The notes under the pieces are model-generated. The model did no database searches. It was not told the DNA's origin and saw nothing but the letters and a program-made list of their open reading frames with translations. From NCBI GenBank assembly GCA_001599295.1, contig BCGN01000003.1:1674001-1738000 (forward strand): a stretch of DNA of 64,000 bases, given 5' to 3'. This document shows, in pieces, positions 24,344 through 37,445 of this stretch. A program made the translations under genes and the position numbers. Numbering within the stretch: the first letter of the stretch is position 1; every line of letters starts with the position of its first letter. The stretch comes from Sporopachydermia quercuum (lineage: Eukaryota).

Positions 24344-26023
24344 TTATTCCCGATCCCTGGCTTCGTTCCTTCCGACGTATCTAATCCATTCTTGAACATA
24401 AGTACTTGCATTCTTAAACTTGCGCTGTTGGTATTTCTCGTAAATGGCCCTATGATGTGTTTCCGCTTGACTACAACAGCCTAAAATAGCTTCAGCTAGT
24501 GGGTGAAGTTGTCTAGCTGTATAACCAGAGTAGTAAACGTGTGCTTTGGTCCATTCACCGCGAGAAAGAAGTTTTCTAGATAAATAGTGCGCACCTGCTG
24601 CTAGCCAACTAGGCGGTGATGCAATAAACCTTTCATCCAAAATTGTAACTTCTAGTAAGTATTTAGCTAATGTCCGTGTTTCCAAGTCATAATCATCAGC
24701 TTTGCTTGTTCGTCTTAAAAATGACATTGGACCAGGCCAACCCATTTCGAAATTTAGCATATCAATCATGAACCTCTCTGCTTTCAATAACTCATCAACT
24801 GTATATCCATGATCAACCATATATGCAATTTCTTGAACCGTTGGACAATTGATTTCTTCATATTTAGCAGCAATGAAAACTGCAACTGCTCCAACCAGTT
24901 GAAACTTTGTTAAAGAAACTATCTTTTTCGATAAGAATCTATCAATATAATTCACTGCAAGAAACAGTGTTTCCGGCAATAGCCCAAATCTCGAATGGAC
25001 TTGTACTACCCACTCTATCAGTATTCCACGCATCTCCCATCTTAATTCATCTTGAAAATTGATATATAAAGGATGTGGTGCCATCTTAGTTTCTAGTTGT
25101 CTCATGTACTTGAATATCTCTTCATTATATTCTGGTACCATTGAAACATCATATTTATCTTCATCATCGTCATCAAACTCTCCGTTGGGTCTACTGAAAA
25201 TAGCGTTTACTTCAGCCAATTCCCTCTCATCAGAAGGGAGGGAAATAGGGAACATAGGGATGACTTGTTCGTCATCATCTTCTGTTTGTCTGTTTTCTGA
25301 TTCCGAAACGTAATCATCTACGGCGGGTGATATAGCAACCATGGCTTCACTACCTTCATCGATGACTGTTTCATCACCTTCGTCTATTTCTTGTTCTGTC
25401 TGATGTACATCAGAATGAACTTGAACTTTATCAACATGTCGTATCTGCCATGTTTTAGATGTTCGGGGTACTTTTGAAGTATTGTTCATGCCCTCATCAT
25501 CAGCTGACAATAGATCTTCACTTTCTTCGTCAAATTCAAGTTCAGTTTCGTCATCGTATATTCTATTTTCTTTGTCAGCTGAAGAACCAACAGCTGTTCC
25601 TTTGTATTTGGAATCTCGATGGCTTACTCTGTTGTGATGTGATGGAACCGTTGAAGATTCGACAGTGGTGTCAACAGCAATCTCTGCCAGGGCTTTCCGT
25701 TTGGTAGCACGAGCATGAGATTGTTGAGCAGTGGATGACGATGAAGGTCCAGCATCTTCATCGTCAGTTTGGACGTATACTTTAATCTTCTCTTTACCTT
25801 TACTATTAAATGATTGATTTCTAGCAACATTAGTATTTGAGCTGACATCTCCCAAGACAACTCTTCTTGATGGTCTCTGTGTAATTGAGGTAGTAGATTC
25901 TTGTTGAGAGATGGGTTGTTTTGTGAAAGGATTCAGAGCATTTCTGGATGTCTTCTGATGTGCTGGAGCTGCATTTTCATCATTAGTCACTTTGGAGTGA
26001 ACAATGCGATTGGTTCTCTCCAT
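24344..26023 (-). CDS. CLB4: B-type cyclin, Clb3/Clb4 subfamily
   Basis: Destruction box RVVLGDVSSN, cyclin box MRGILIEWVVQVHSRF, IAAKYEEINCP, and the Clb3/4-type GWPGPMSFLRRTSKADDYD. Confidence 0.92.
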   Translation of the reverse strand: MERTNRIVHSKVTNDENAAPAHQKTSRNALNPFTKQPISQQESTTSITQRPSRRVVLGDVSSNTNVARNQSFNSKGKEKIKVYVQTDDEDAGPSSSSTAQQSHARATKRKALAEIAVDTTVESSTVPSHHNRVSHRDSKYKGTAVGSSADKENRIYDDETELEFDEESEDLLSADDEGMNNTSKVPRTSKTWQIRHVDKVQVHSDVHQTEQEIDEGDETVIDEGSEAMVAISPAVDDYVSESENRQTEDDDEQVIPMFPISLPSDERELAEVNAIFSRPNGEFDDDDEDKYDVSMVPEYNEEIFKYMRQLETKMAPHPLYINFQDELRWEMRGILIEWVVQVHSRFGLLPETLFLAVNYIDRFLSKKIVSLTKFQLVGAVAVFIAAKYEEINCPTVQEIAYMVDHGYTVDELLKAERFMIDMLNFEMGWPGPMSFLRRTSKADDYDLETRTLAKYLLEVTILDERFIASPPSWLAAGAHYLSRKLLSRGEWTKAHVYYSGYTARQLHPLAEAILGCCSQAETHHRAIYEKYQQRKFKNASTYVQEWIRYVGRNEARDRE

Positions 26024-29000
26024 TTCAAGACTATTTCTGATTCTTTAGTAGGTAATTATGGATATTATTAGTGTTCTTGATCAGTCAGTGAAATTCGAAC
26101 AATGATTAACGAGCGACTTTAGATTAATTATTATTTTTTCTGGTTGTAATTTAAGACCGAGATTGTGATGATCAGTACGGTTGATCAGTGTCAGAAGATT
26201 GAAATCAAAGCAAGGCCCAATCTGAAGCAAATACCCGAGAGTAAAGTTACTAACAGTCTAGTTTCTATATCTGATTTTTTACCTCTAGATTGAAATATTT
26301 TAGCCCAATAAATAAGAGTAAACTGTAGTCCTTAATGCAGTTGACAAGTGTTTAGCTGTCAAAAATATGAGGTAAGGTCTCAGGATACGAAATGTTGAGC
26401 AAAGAAATGCAGAAAATAGCGAATGAATGTGAAGTTGCAAGTGGGTTTCTATCTCCCAATTATTATAACTAATTAATAGTTTTTAAGGAGAAGTTGCTTC
26501 GATGATCATACAGATTCATGGACTTCTGATCAATCAACTCCTGGATCACAACTAAGATGACAAAACAGTTGTATGATTCAAGCAGTATACTGAACCCAAT
26601 TGTACTTATTGATGACAAAATAGCTTGGATCACTATTTAGTCCTTTACTTATTTTTTTGAATGCCAGATCTATTTAGATCCTTGCAGATTTCCCAGTTAT
26701 TGATAGCTGGTGTTAGAGGGAATGAAAGCAAGTTCACAAGTAAGGTCTAGTCGTTGTTTGAAATGAATAACTATTTGTTGATTCAATTACTAAATCACTG
26801 AACTTTTCAAGATGATCTATTCAAACAATATAGGTAGCAATATGCAAGTTAGGTGGGAAACAGTCAAGCAAACCTGAAATTCACTTTGCAAATGCTTTGA
26901 TGGCTTGTTTGATCAGTTGTTGATCAGTTGTTTGATCCCCTTGTCATTAAAGCAGCGTCAAAGAGTGTTGCAAATGTAGACTGAAATGAAGAAGTAGCTG
27001 AGGAGAAATTATTGTTTGTGTATAGTTAATTCTAATTTTGTGGCTCAACTAAGGGAAATTTTCTATTTCTCACGCAAGTTTCATGCAGGACACAATTAAG
27101 TTTGTTGCAGCAACTGTTCTGATTCTCTGGTTCTTTTGATGATTATTTAGCTGTTATTGGGTAAATATATGTGTTTTTGAGGGTCTCATTCTATTTTGTA
27201 GTAGTTCTGTCTTTTTATTGTATTATTTATTTGCTTTTTCAAGAGTATTTATTTTCACTAGTGCTTTTCATGTAAATGATTNATCTACAATTAGGTCCCT
27301 TGATTAGGTTTAGCTTTTGCTTGATTTACACATTCCCCGTTTGTTTATTTATCGACTACCAATTCAATCAGTTTCAAATACTGATCTGGAACGAAAGTTT
27401 TGAACTTTAATAATACTTTTTCCCATGTACATTTTCATGTTTTGTCCTAAGCTTCTCTAATTAAACGTCACGTGATATTGGACAGGTAAATCTCTCTAGC
27501 AACAAAGTCAAGAGGAGTCTTGTCGTTCATATGACATACCCGATTGAGTTTTTTTAACCAACATATGTTCTTTCCAGAATGAATATAGAATGAATATAGG
27601 CCAGAGCATAAGGTAGTGTAGATCTATAGATATGGCTGAGTGATTGGAAAAAGAGACAGGAGAGATGCAAGCACTATAATCTGGGGTAATGCAAAGTAAA
27701 AAGATAAAGCATTGGTCAAATTCTTCTTTTAATTTTTTTTTCTCTTATATATCAAGAAAGCTATATAGGACGAGTAACGGAGAAATCTCATTTGAACATT
27801 AACATAGTCTTCTTGGACAGCAACAGTATATTTATCTTTTATGCTTTGGAGAATGGGACAGAACTGGCAAGGGGTTACCATTAATGTGAGATGACGGTTT
27901 ATTTACGTTCCTGAATCAAAACTAGATTCGTTGTAAACTAAGTTAAAAGAATGTATATTGCATGCTTTCAGTCATGCTGCTGCCAACTGTTCTGACACAT
28001 TTTACTGAAAGGAGTAAAAAACCTGGAACTACAAATTTGTATCAGAAAGCCATCCAATAGACTCTGATACGTACGATGTAGATCTCCATGGTCCGTTGTT
28101 GGTACCAAGCTAACAAAATGCTCAGGCATATAACAAGCTGTTGCTTGGCTCTGTAAGAGATATTAGTTTACTAAAGGGTAAAGTATGATATTGGTTATAG
28201 TTATAACTGCAACATAGCTAATGAAATAATTTTCACAGTTAGCTTGTTTTCAATCTCAACCAAGCAAACCATCTCATTTAACTGATATGATATTGATCTT
28301 CCATCATAGGAGGGTATAAATGTATGAACAATACGAACTCTGAAACCTGCAGCTGCAATTGTCGCATTTTTAGTTGCCTTTGATCTATAGAATAATAAGA
28401 AAAAACCTCAATTCAACTTAACACTCAAAACAGATAGTGAAACGCTCAATAGCAGAACTTATCGATAGAAAGTACGCGCACCAGCCTGTCNTAGTTTTTT
28501 TCATTAACTATTGTTTAGACGATGGATGATGATCAATACCGCTCAACCCAGCTCAAGATGTAATTGCTCATCACTTATCATGACTAACTGAAATTCCATT
28601 GTTCTTTAGATCCTCCTGCACTTCTTACAAAAACTCATTAGCTCCCGTATCTCTAACAATATTCACTTCTTCATTCGAGATTCTTCCAGCAAAGTTGTTA
28701 GTCACAACGGCTTTTTGTACCCAATTAAGAAATTTAGAAAGCTTAGCTATCTCTTTATCAAACCTTAACCTGATATTGAAGTAATAACATTACGTATAAA
28801 TAAAAAATCCCGCTTGTCGCGCCAATAACCGACCTCGGTCGGATACGGGAATAGGAAGCCATCTAGAGAGAACCTGAGAGTTATTATGTAGATCCCCTTT
28901 GACAAGGGTTTGCTTTGTTGGCCTGAACCTTTGATTTATCGTAGAAGACAAAGAAAGCATCTCGAATAAACTACTAATCATATGAATAAGACAGCTTGAT

Positions 29001-29885
29001 AAAGCCATCCAGTTCATAATCCTTCGTTAAAACGCATGACAAACTTTCCGGTAAATCAAATAAAAATGTTTGCTTCATATTTCACTGTTATATTATCTAT
29101 ATGAATTACATACGACTCTTTTTAGCAATACATCCAACCCACGTAAGTATGGGTTTTTCTACGGAGTCTGCATTCAACGGCATACAACTAATTGCCAATG
29201 AAACTAATTTACTAGGCTTCGCATCCGAGAAACTTATATCTTTCTTGCATTACAAGCTTTTATTACCTCCGAACACTGTCTATGCTCAATAAAAGTACTC
29301 GGTTGCTTCCGATTATCCACTTTAACAAACAAATAACTATCCAACCCATGTATTAATGAGTTCATAACGAAAGGACCACCAATATTTGCTAAAAAACTCT
29401 TATCCGTCCATACGTTTCTTCAAGGGATGTACATAAGATATAATGTCATGAAACTGCTTCCCCAGAATAGCGTTTAAACCGGTAACCTTAATTAATTAAA
29501 GTTCCCTGATTCGTGTACTTTTTTCATATAGTTAGTGAAGGAATGGATTAAATCGGTGATTCACACAATCTATGAAATTACCTCAATACTTACTAACCGG
29601 CTTTATGGCCCACCAACTTAGTAAATGAAAGTATCTTTATACTCTCGCTGATTTACTTATATACTCTTGATGGTTTCCTTCTATTTTTTCTGTTAAGCTA
29701 CATGTTTACTGGCTGCTTGGTTGTTCGCTGTTTTTGCTATGTATTCTTTCCTCAGTATTCCCTGAGGGTTGACTACGCGACATATCTTATAGCTTTTCCT
29801 ACTATTGAAATGAAGTATCTAGCCCTTTCGGAAATATAACTAACTGTGAAAAGAACACTAAAATCCAAAGATTCTTATATCGACA

Positions 29886-30965
29886 ATGGCTTTAACGCGT
29901 ATGAAAGAGGTCAAGACCAGGATGTCTTTGGCAGAGACATATCAATTAGCCAGTCGTGCCAGAAAGAAGCTTACTGAAGAAGCATCGAAGAACGATCATA
30001 ATCTAAGAATTTTGGTGAGCCACGCAAATCTATTAGACTCTCTAATGGAAAAACTGACCACTCAACGTGATTTGTATGTAACAGAGAATGACTATACATA
30101 CAAATCACAAGCAGACATAACAAACGGAGAAGAATTCGCTCCATATGAATCAGATACTGAAGATGAAGAAGAGTTTGATTCTGAAGACTCTGAAGATGAA
30201 GATGAATACGATTATGAATATAAGTATGATAATAACAAGACAAATGTGCCAAAGATGTTTGAACCATTGGAAGTTCACAACGATGAGTATCATGATAGCA
30301 CTGAAATAGCTCCATCAGCATATAGAAGAGATGAGACAACAAGCGCCCACCGGGAGCTTCCAGTTATCGACGAAGAAGAACTGAATGGCGAATTTTCTGA
30401 TGAAGATTATGAATCAGAAGAAGAGTACACTGATGAAGTTTACAATGCATTAGCTGAATCAATAAAAGTTGCAACATCAGCCGATCTTATTGAGTCTGAT
30501 GATAGTGATTTCGATAATCAAACCAATACTACCAATAATTCAAAAACCTTAGAAACCGATTTAAATGAAAAAGAAGTAATCGTTGAAAAGCTGTCAATAT
30601 CTTTATCAAATCCTCCAGCAAATCCCCCAGAGATAGATTTAGGAGATTGCTCCCTACCTCCATTGACATACACATCATCGTCCGAATCAGAGAGCTCTTT
30701 CTCATCTGACTCCGAAGAAGATGACCTCAGTGATGTTGAAATAACTAATATACATCACGCACATGAACACCATTCGCATCATCATCATCATCATCATCAC
30801 CACAACCATCATCAGAATCCTTTACATGGCCATGTTAAGACCAAACATCATAGAACTATTAGACAAAGTGAGAGATGCACACCAAATATTAATGCTGAAG
30901 AAAGGAACAGCAGATTTGGTTTGAATTTGCTATCGTCTGTTCCTCTAAACAGTGTCTCAACGTGA
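29886..30965 (+). CDS. ECM13: Ecm13/YJR115W-like acidic protein with a poly-His tract
   Basis: Family N-terminal motif SLAETYQLASRARKKLTEEASKNDHNLRILVSHANLLDSL. The remainder is D/E/S-rich and likely disordered. Confidence 0.8.
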   Translation: MALTRMKEVKTRMSLAETYQLASRARKKLTEEASKNDHNLRILVSHANLLDSLMEKLTTQRDLYVTENDYTYKSQADITNGEEFAPYESDTEDEEEFDSEDSEDEDEYDYEYKYDNNKTNVPKMFEPLEVHNDEYHDSTEIAPSAYRRDETTSAHRELPVIDEEELNGEFSDEDYESEEEYTDEVYNALAESIKVATSADLIESDDSDFDNQTNTTNNSKTLETDLNEKEVIVEKLSISLSNPPANPPEIDLGDCSLPPLTYTSSSESESSFSSDSEEDDLSDVEITNIHHAHEHHSHHHHHHHHHNHHQNPLHGHVKTKHHRTIRQSERCTPNINAEERNSRFGLNLLSSVPLNSVST

Positions 30966-33343
30966 ACGTGGCTTCCTATCATGGCTTTCCTTTCTCCTTT
31001 ACGAAAAATGAACTTAACGCATTTATGACAAATATTTTCAATTTCTGCATTAATGTCTCATCACTGCATTATTGTTAGATGCTACGTTTTCTTTAGTTTT
31101 GTGTTAGATTTTATTTATTTTTATGACTTATGATTATGAGTTTTTGTTTAGAATAGATTGAATGAGGTGTACCGGTATACAATAGATCAATAGTTGAATT
31201 TTATTTTTAACAGAAGACGAAGAATTACAAGTAGAAGTGTCCATATTGGTAGACATAAGTATCTTATCTTAATTTAAAATAGGTGAACTTTGGTTGTATG
31301 CAATTGTCAAGGTCTCGTTGGGTATATTCAATGGAGTCAGTTGCTCATTTGGTATGTTATTCAACATCCACTGCCAAAATACACCAAGTCAGTAGAAACC
31401 GTACAGAATACACCCTTAAGCTAGTGAAACCACCGTTCGAACCAATTATCCATATGTGCTTATCAAATTCAACTGATGAGAAAGCCTTACAATGAATGAT
31501 ATTTTTCAAATTTTTTTTCTTTTTTCTTTTTTCGCTTTCTCTAATGAGGTTTGTCTGGAGGATCCTTGGAAGTTGTTCAAAAATAGAGTTTAAGATGTTT
31601 AAATAAAGTTTAATGTTAAAAAGTTTTAGTGACCTATTCGGTGACTCGGGTCATACATATGCCCAATATAAAGTTTAAGTTAACAAAGAAAGCACCATGG
31701 ACTCATATGGGGTACGATGAGTTAGTATTCTTATCGATTGAGAAATATGATATGAGAAGAAAAGTCTACAAGAGAGAGAAGGTCCTCATAATTTCATGGC
31801 GTCGCTTTCCAAAGGATGTCTAGATATATATAATTCCCCTTGTCATTCTATGCTTTAACTATGGACTTATCAAACAGTCACAAGTGAATAAAATGCTCAA
31901 GTAGTGTATGGCGATAGGAAGAGGAGGCAGATAAGCCTTGCTGCTGAATACAACGAAATTCAACAATCATAGAGCATCTTTTTCAATCAGAGGTTAAAGA
32001 CAGTGGTTAATGCGCCATGTCAGGCATATTTCCAGACAATTCCAAACCATCAATAGTGAATCAGAAGACCTGAGTCAGCCTAGGGAAACCGGGTAGCATC
32101 TAATGTTCACTTCCATTAACAATACTGACACTATTTCAAAATATAAGAATAAATCTGATTTCAAGGTAAACTAATCATAATACATGCCCTCTTCTTTTGT
32201 TCTATCTATGGAAAGGTGATGACCTTTCAATGGCTCTTTCAATGGGTTCTCCGTATGTCGATGTATCAACAAAATCTGGTCCTCCCATTCCAGATTACCT
32301 AATCATTAATCGCATCTGTTATCTCGCTTAATTATTTCCTTTTTGAGCCCTTTCTCCCTGGAAACGACCAAAATCTCAAGGCTTAAGTCTCCTATTGTCT
32401 CCCTCCTGTCCCCCGGCACACATATTTTCAATCTCCAATCTCCATATCTCCCCACCACTATTCCCTGTTTTATCCTCATATTATTACCTTCCCTATTCCA
32501 GTAATGTCCCCATTGTTTTCTTTTACCACTAATACATCAACTTTTCACCCTAAAATGCCTTTAGCTTCCCTCTTTCATCATCAACACACTTCTTCATGAT
32601 GGTTTCGCTTTCCGTTTCTCTTACAATCAAGTAAATACGATTATTGATTGCCTATTTGGATTCTTAGTTCTCATATGGAAACTGTACTTTTCTTTCTCAA
32701 GAAGGAATAAACTAAGCAAACGAGGAATAGTTAAGCAATTCCAACCAAGGGTGATACACAATAGGGCTTACAGCTGTGTTGAAAGAAGAACTTGAGCTTT
32801 TCACCTGTTGATACTTTGAACTTTTGATTTATTGCTTTTCTTTTCTCTTTTGTTTCTGTTCTGTTGAGCAGCCGTTTCAGATTGTAGAATAGGCATAAAG
32901 TAGAAGATACAATAAATACTATCAGATCTGGTGCTAGGATTATTGACCTATCTAGATTTATACCCTATACGACATATATAGGTCTATTAGGAACAGGGTA
33001 TATCGCAGATTCTTCTATTTTGTTGTCTTCTACTACTTCAGTTCAGCTAACAACATTGCTTGTATCAACAGCTACTAATATACATTTATTGCATAACTAA
33101 AAGCAAGGAGCAGACGATCAGTTGGTTTCTATTTCTGCTTTTCACGTCCAAAGCTCACATTTAAGTACCGCCAGCATACTCCAGCATCGACATACATTGC
33201 ATAACCAGAATTGCATGATTGCATGATTTCATTGAATAAATACATAAATACAACAGAAAGGCATTTTCCATTGCATAGGAAACAATAAAACAGCTGGAAG
33301 CAAAGGTAAAGCAGTGAGACCACTGAAAAGCGAACAATTGAAC

Positions 33344-36073
33344 ATGATTTCAAGATCAGGATCTCTTATCGAGTTCCTTAAAGGTATGTAATATGTTTGC
33401 TGTGCTTGATGGCGTCTGGGGTTTAGAATTTATGATTATGATTAAGCATCAAGTAGAAGTTGTATGGATTGGAATTTGTTATATTGTGATACATGACCAG
33501 TTCAAGCTGGATAACAGTTGAGTTGCTGATGATTTGATGATTTTATTAATGGGATTTATTGCGGAGTTTCACTAGTCTTTGATTATCGGCCTGTTCGATA
33601 TATGTTTGGTGTTATATTGTTTCTCAAGGTTGATACTACTTTACTGAATTGAATGTCTACTGTTGATAGAGCACTTATAAACAGATATACAGACAAATGT
33701 TTTATTATAGTAGCTAGCATAACTGCTGCTACTATTGTCTACTGATGGAACATTCAATTGAACATATCAAATTGACAGATGAAGTCATTATGGTTAATGT
33801 TATATTGTTAATGCTCGATCCATCAACAGGACATGTTAATTCTAGAATTACGCAATTGGACATTATGTTGATTTGCTGGAATTTACTGGAAGCTTATTGG
33901 CATTCCTTAGGTACCCTCTTGATCTGTCTTGTCAATTCCCAACTATCAAATCCCAATCGCTGAATCGACCAAACCATTTCTATTCCTATCAAACCATCTT
34001 CCCCTACACCACCGTTGATACTAACATCATCTAGACCGAATATACCTCGCAGCTTACGACTTCAACCCAAAAGACACCTCAGATGCTGTTTTCTTTACCA
34101 TCGATGACGCCCTTCCCTATAACCCTTTCTATCAAGACTTTGGCCCTCTTCATATAGGCCATCTCTACAGATTCGCAGTGACTCTCCATAGCATTCTCAA
34201 CGAAGATAAAAACCAAGGGAAAGCCGTGGTCCTGTACTCGCGCTCCAATCCAAGAGATCGCGCGAACACCGCGTGCTTGCTATGCTGCTACATGATCCTC
34301 GTACAGTCTTGGGCACCGCACCAGGTTCTCGCCCCAATTGCTCAAGCAGACCCACCTTTCATGCCCTTCAGGGACGCAGGATACTCCACAGCAGATTTCA
34401 TCGTCACCATCCAGGATGTGGTCTACGGTGTATGGCGCGCCAAAGAGAAAGGCATCATTGACCTGGCAACCTTCAACCTAGAAGAATACGAGCTCTACGA
34501 ACGCGTAGAACAAGGCGATTTCAACGCCGTGTCTCCAGACTTCATTGCCTTTGCCTCCCCGCAGCAAACAGGACACAGCAAAGCTTCTAATTCTGCTTCC
34601 AACTCCGTCAGAAGCTCTAAAAGCTCACCCACGAAGGCCACCGGTCTGAACATGGCCTTCCGCAACGTACTGGAATACTTCGTCAAGTCAAACGTCCAGG
34701 TAGTAGTGCGTCTGAACTCCCATCTCTACGATAAAACCCAGTTTGAGGCTAAAGGTATCAAACACATCGACATGATCTTCGAGGACGGGACCTGTCCTAC
34801 CATGGAGATCGTTAAAAACTTCATTGGGGTGGCAGAATGCGTTATCCAGCAAGGGGGGAAAATAGCAGTGCACTGTAAAGCAGGGCTGGGCAGAACAGGT
34901 TGTTTGATAGGTGCCCATTTGATATATACCTATGGATTTACTGCACCAGAGTGTATTGCTTTCATGAGAGTTATTCGTCCTGGTATGGTTGTAGGACCGC
35001 AGCAGCATTGGCTCTACCTTCACCAGAATGAATTCAGGGACTGGAAACGTACTATGGTGCTTTCAGAAACCGGTGAGACAGCCCTGGCAGGGTACAGACC
35101 TTTGGTATCGATAGAATTTCTGCAACAGAAGCAGCAGCAGAAGCTGAATGCTCTGGGGGCCCCCAATTTACTACCCCCACATACTCCCAGACGGAATCCT
35201 AGCACAGAACATGAATTGGAGAGCGCCAGGAGCGCCGTGCCATTGCAATCGCCAGGGCAACCCAGGAAAAGCTCCCCCGTACGCTCAGGTGCCCGGAAGG
35301 TATCCAGAGTTATCTCCGGTTCAGGAATCGGTGGTGACAAGTATAATTCATATGCGAAAAACCATTACAGGGGATACTCCAATTCCAATTCTGACGACGA
35401 AGCCTTTCAAGACCCCACCAGCGAACAGGTTACCACATCCACACCAGTGTCTCCTGGGAAAGGTAGAAAACATTCGGGAGAGTCCCCCGAGCAAACAAGA
35501 TTTTACTCTCACGATGAATCTACCATTATTCTTAACGACGAGAACGAGACTCCTGTAGGAGGATATACTACATCTCCCACAGGAAGCCCCAAAGCTAGTA
35601 AAACACGCAAAGGATCAAATAGTATCAAGACAGTAGCAACAGGAGCTTCAGCCAGGAAAGCCTCCAGAGAGAATTCATTATCAGGAGCAATGATTAATAG
35701 TAGTACCGTTAAGAAAAGTGCTAACAACATCAACACACCTAAAGCCGTTAGAATTGTCTCAAAGAAAGGATTGAACTATCAACTGTCAGAAACAACTACT
35801 ACAACAACTACTACTACTACAACTACACTAACATCATCACCAATGGGCCCTGATGACCAAATCTATAATCCCAAGCTTAGAAGAGGAAGAATTACTGTTC
35901 TAGAAGAAGGAGAAGATAAAGGAGACTTGAACGGTGTGTTAGGAACAGTCACAGGTAAAATTACCAGTTATAACGATGTTTCTCATGCGGTCAAATCACC
36001 AACAGATGTCGATAAAGATAGCGTTGGGTATAAAAGTGTTAGACGAAGCGTTAATTCTCGGAAGTTAGTTTGA
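33344..36073 (+). CDS. CDC14: Dual-specificity phosphatase Cdc14; exons 33344-33383 and 34035-36073 (692 aa)
   Basis: Spliced N-terminus MISRSGSLIEFLKD|RIYLAAY...DFGPLHIGHLYRFA, then FRDAG, the catalytic HCKAGLGRTG, and RPGMVVGPQQHWL. Confidence 0.97.
33384..34034 (+). other. Spliceosomal intron of CDC14 (651 nt, phase 1)
   Basis: GTATGT donor, TACTAAC (34019-34025), TAG acceptor. Removal restores the conserved IEFLKDRIYL. Confidence 0.93.
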
Positions 36074-37445
36074 GCAGAGCGTCGAGTTGACCTGGTTGAA
36101 AGTGAAAGTGAAAGTGAAATATGACATTGTATTGATTAAGATAGTAGTAGGATTAGCAATAGTAATTGTAGTAACAGTAATAGATACTATTAGTACGGGC
36201 ATCACACTGTAGGACTATTGGCAATAGGATAACAGTATCACTGATAGAATCAGTATTAGCGCCAAAAAGGCATTCAACTTTAAACACATTTTCAATCTCA
36301 ATTCATCAATTAAGCACATTTCGGCTCAGTTCAGCTCAATTCATGCCAATCCAGGACATTTTAAGCCATTGATAATATCTTCCCCAGAATTACCTAATCA
36401 TTTATTTAATCAGCACCACAATAAATATCGGATTATATGCTTGGCATGCAAGGCAATTGTTGTTACCACCAAGCTCAACCCTCACAACATACTACAGATT
36501 GAAATGAAAGCGGAGAGTTGGCTTATAGTTAAATTTAAAAGTCTAGTAACTAATCCAGTAGCGGTTTACTTCCAAATCTCCTTTTCTTTCTTCTAATAGC
36601 AGTTCCTGCGGTATGTACATACCTACCTGGACAAAATATGCAGATGTGATAGATATTTCTCATTTCACATATTCTCCGTAATTATAGCACGTGACCGATA
36701 GAGCATATATTACCCATTTCAGTTTAAATTTCGGGGGGATTCCTGAAGATATTATGCCTTTTTTCTACCAGTCGAATGACTATTTCACCTTCTTATCTAC
36801 TTGATAATAGGATGGTTTACAGCTTTTTTTGTCTATAGTTAATAGGACAGTCTTTGTTCAAATTGTACTAGTGGAAATGAATAATTGGTCATGTTCCAGA
36901 TTTTCTCACAGCTTGTAGTGTTCAGATCAAAGGAAGAGAGGAATCTCTTTCTATGTCAACGATTCTTTAAGAGCCACCAAATGCAAACCAATGCAATATA
37001 ACAGTGACTAACCAACTGTTACTTCAGCCAGAACATCAGAACCTGAAAGGATCATAGACAGCTAACCCAACCAAAAACCTAATCCGGAGGAAGAAAGAGA
37101 TGCCTATCCAATGAGCTATCGTTAGGTTGCTTCTTCGATTGATAGAAAACGCTTTAGTATGTATCTATCAATTGGAGAAAGCACGCTAACACGTTTGGCC
37201 CAACAAGTGGTATAATGAGCTAATATTCAATGGTGCACTGCATATACCATAAACTACTGCACAGCTAGTAGAGCAACACTAATTCATCATCTCAATAGTT
37301 CCCTCAGCAGAAATCAGTAGAAGAAATATAGCCTTCCAACCATGTAGAATAGCTATCATAATATATCATGAACAGAACAACACCAAAACAAGCATTTAAA
37401 CAATCCGGTGTAATTGGCCCTCCAAATACTTAAAATCTATCGAAG

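Noticed and set aside
33745..33963. 72-aa ORF or a box C/D snoRNA inside the CDC14 intron
   Set aside because: No recognisable protein. TGATGA and CTGA words occur, but I could not identify an rRNA guide or terminal stem.
34886..34888. Alternative CUG decoding (Ser or Ala clades)
   Set aside because: CTG encodes the invariant Leu in Cdc14 HCKAG-L-GRTG and conserved Leu residues in Kgd1 (GR-L-N, I-L-DRL), so the code is standard.
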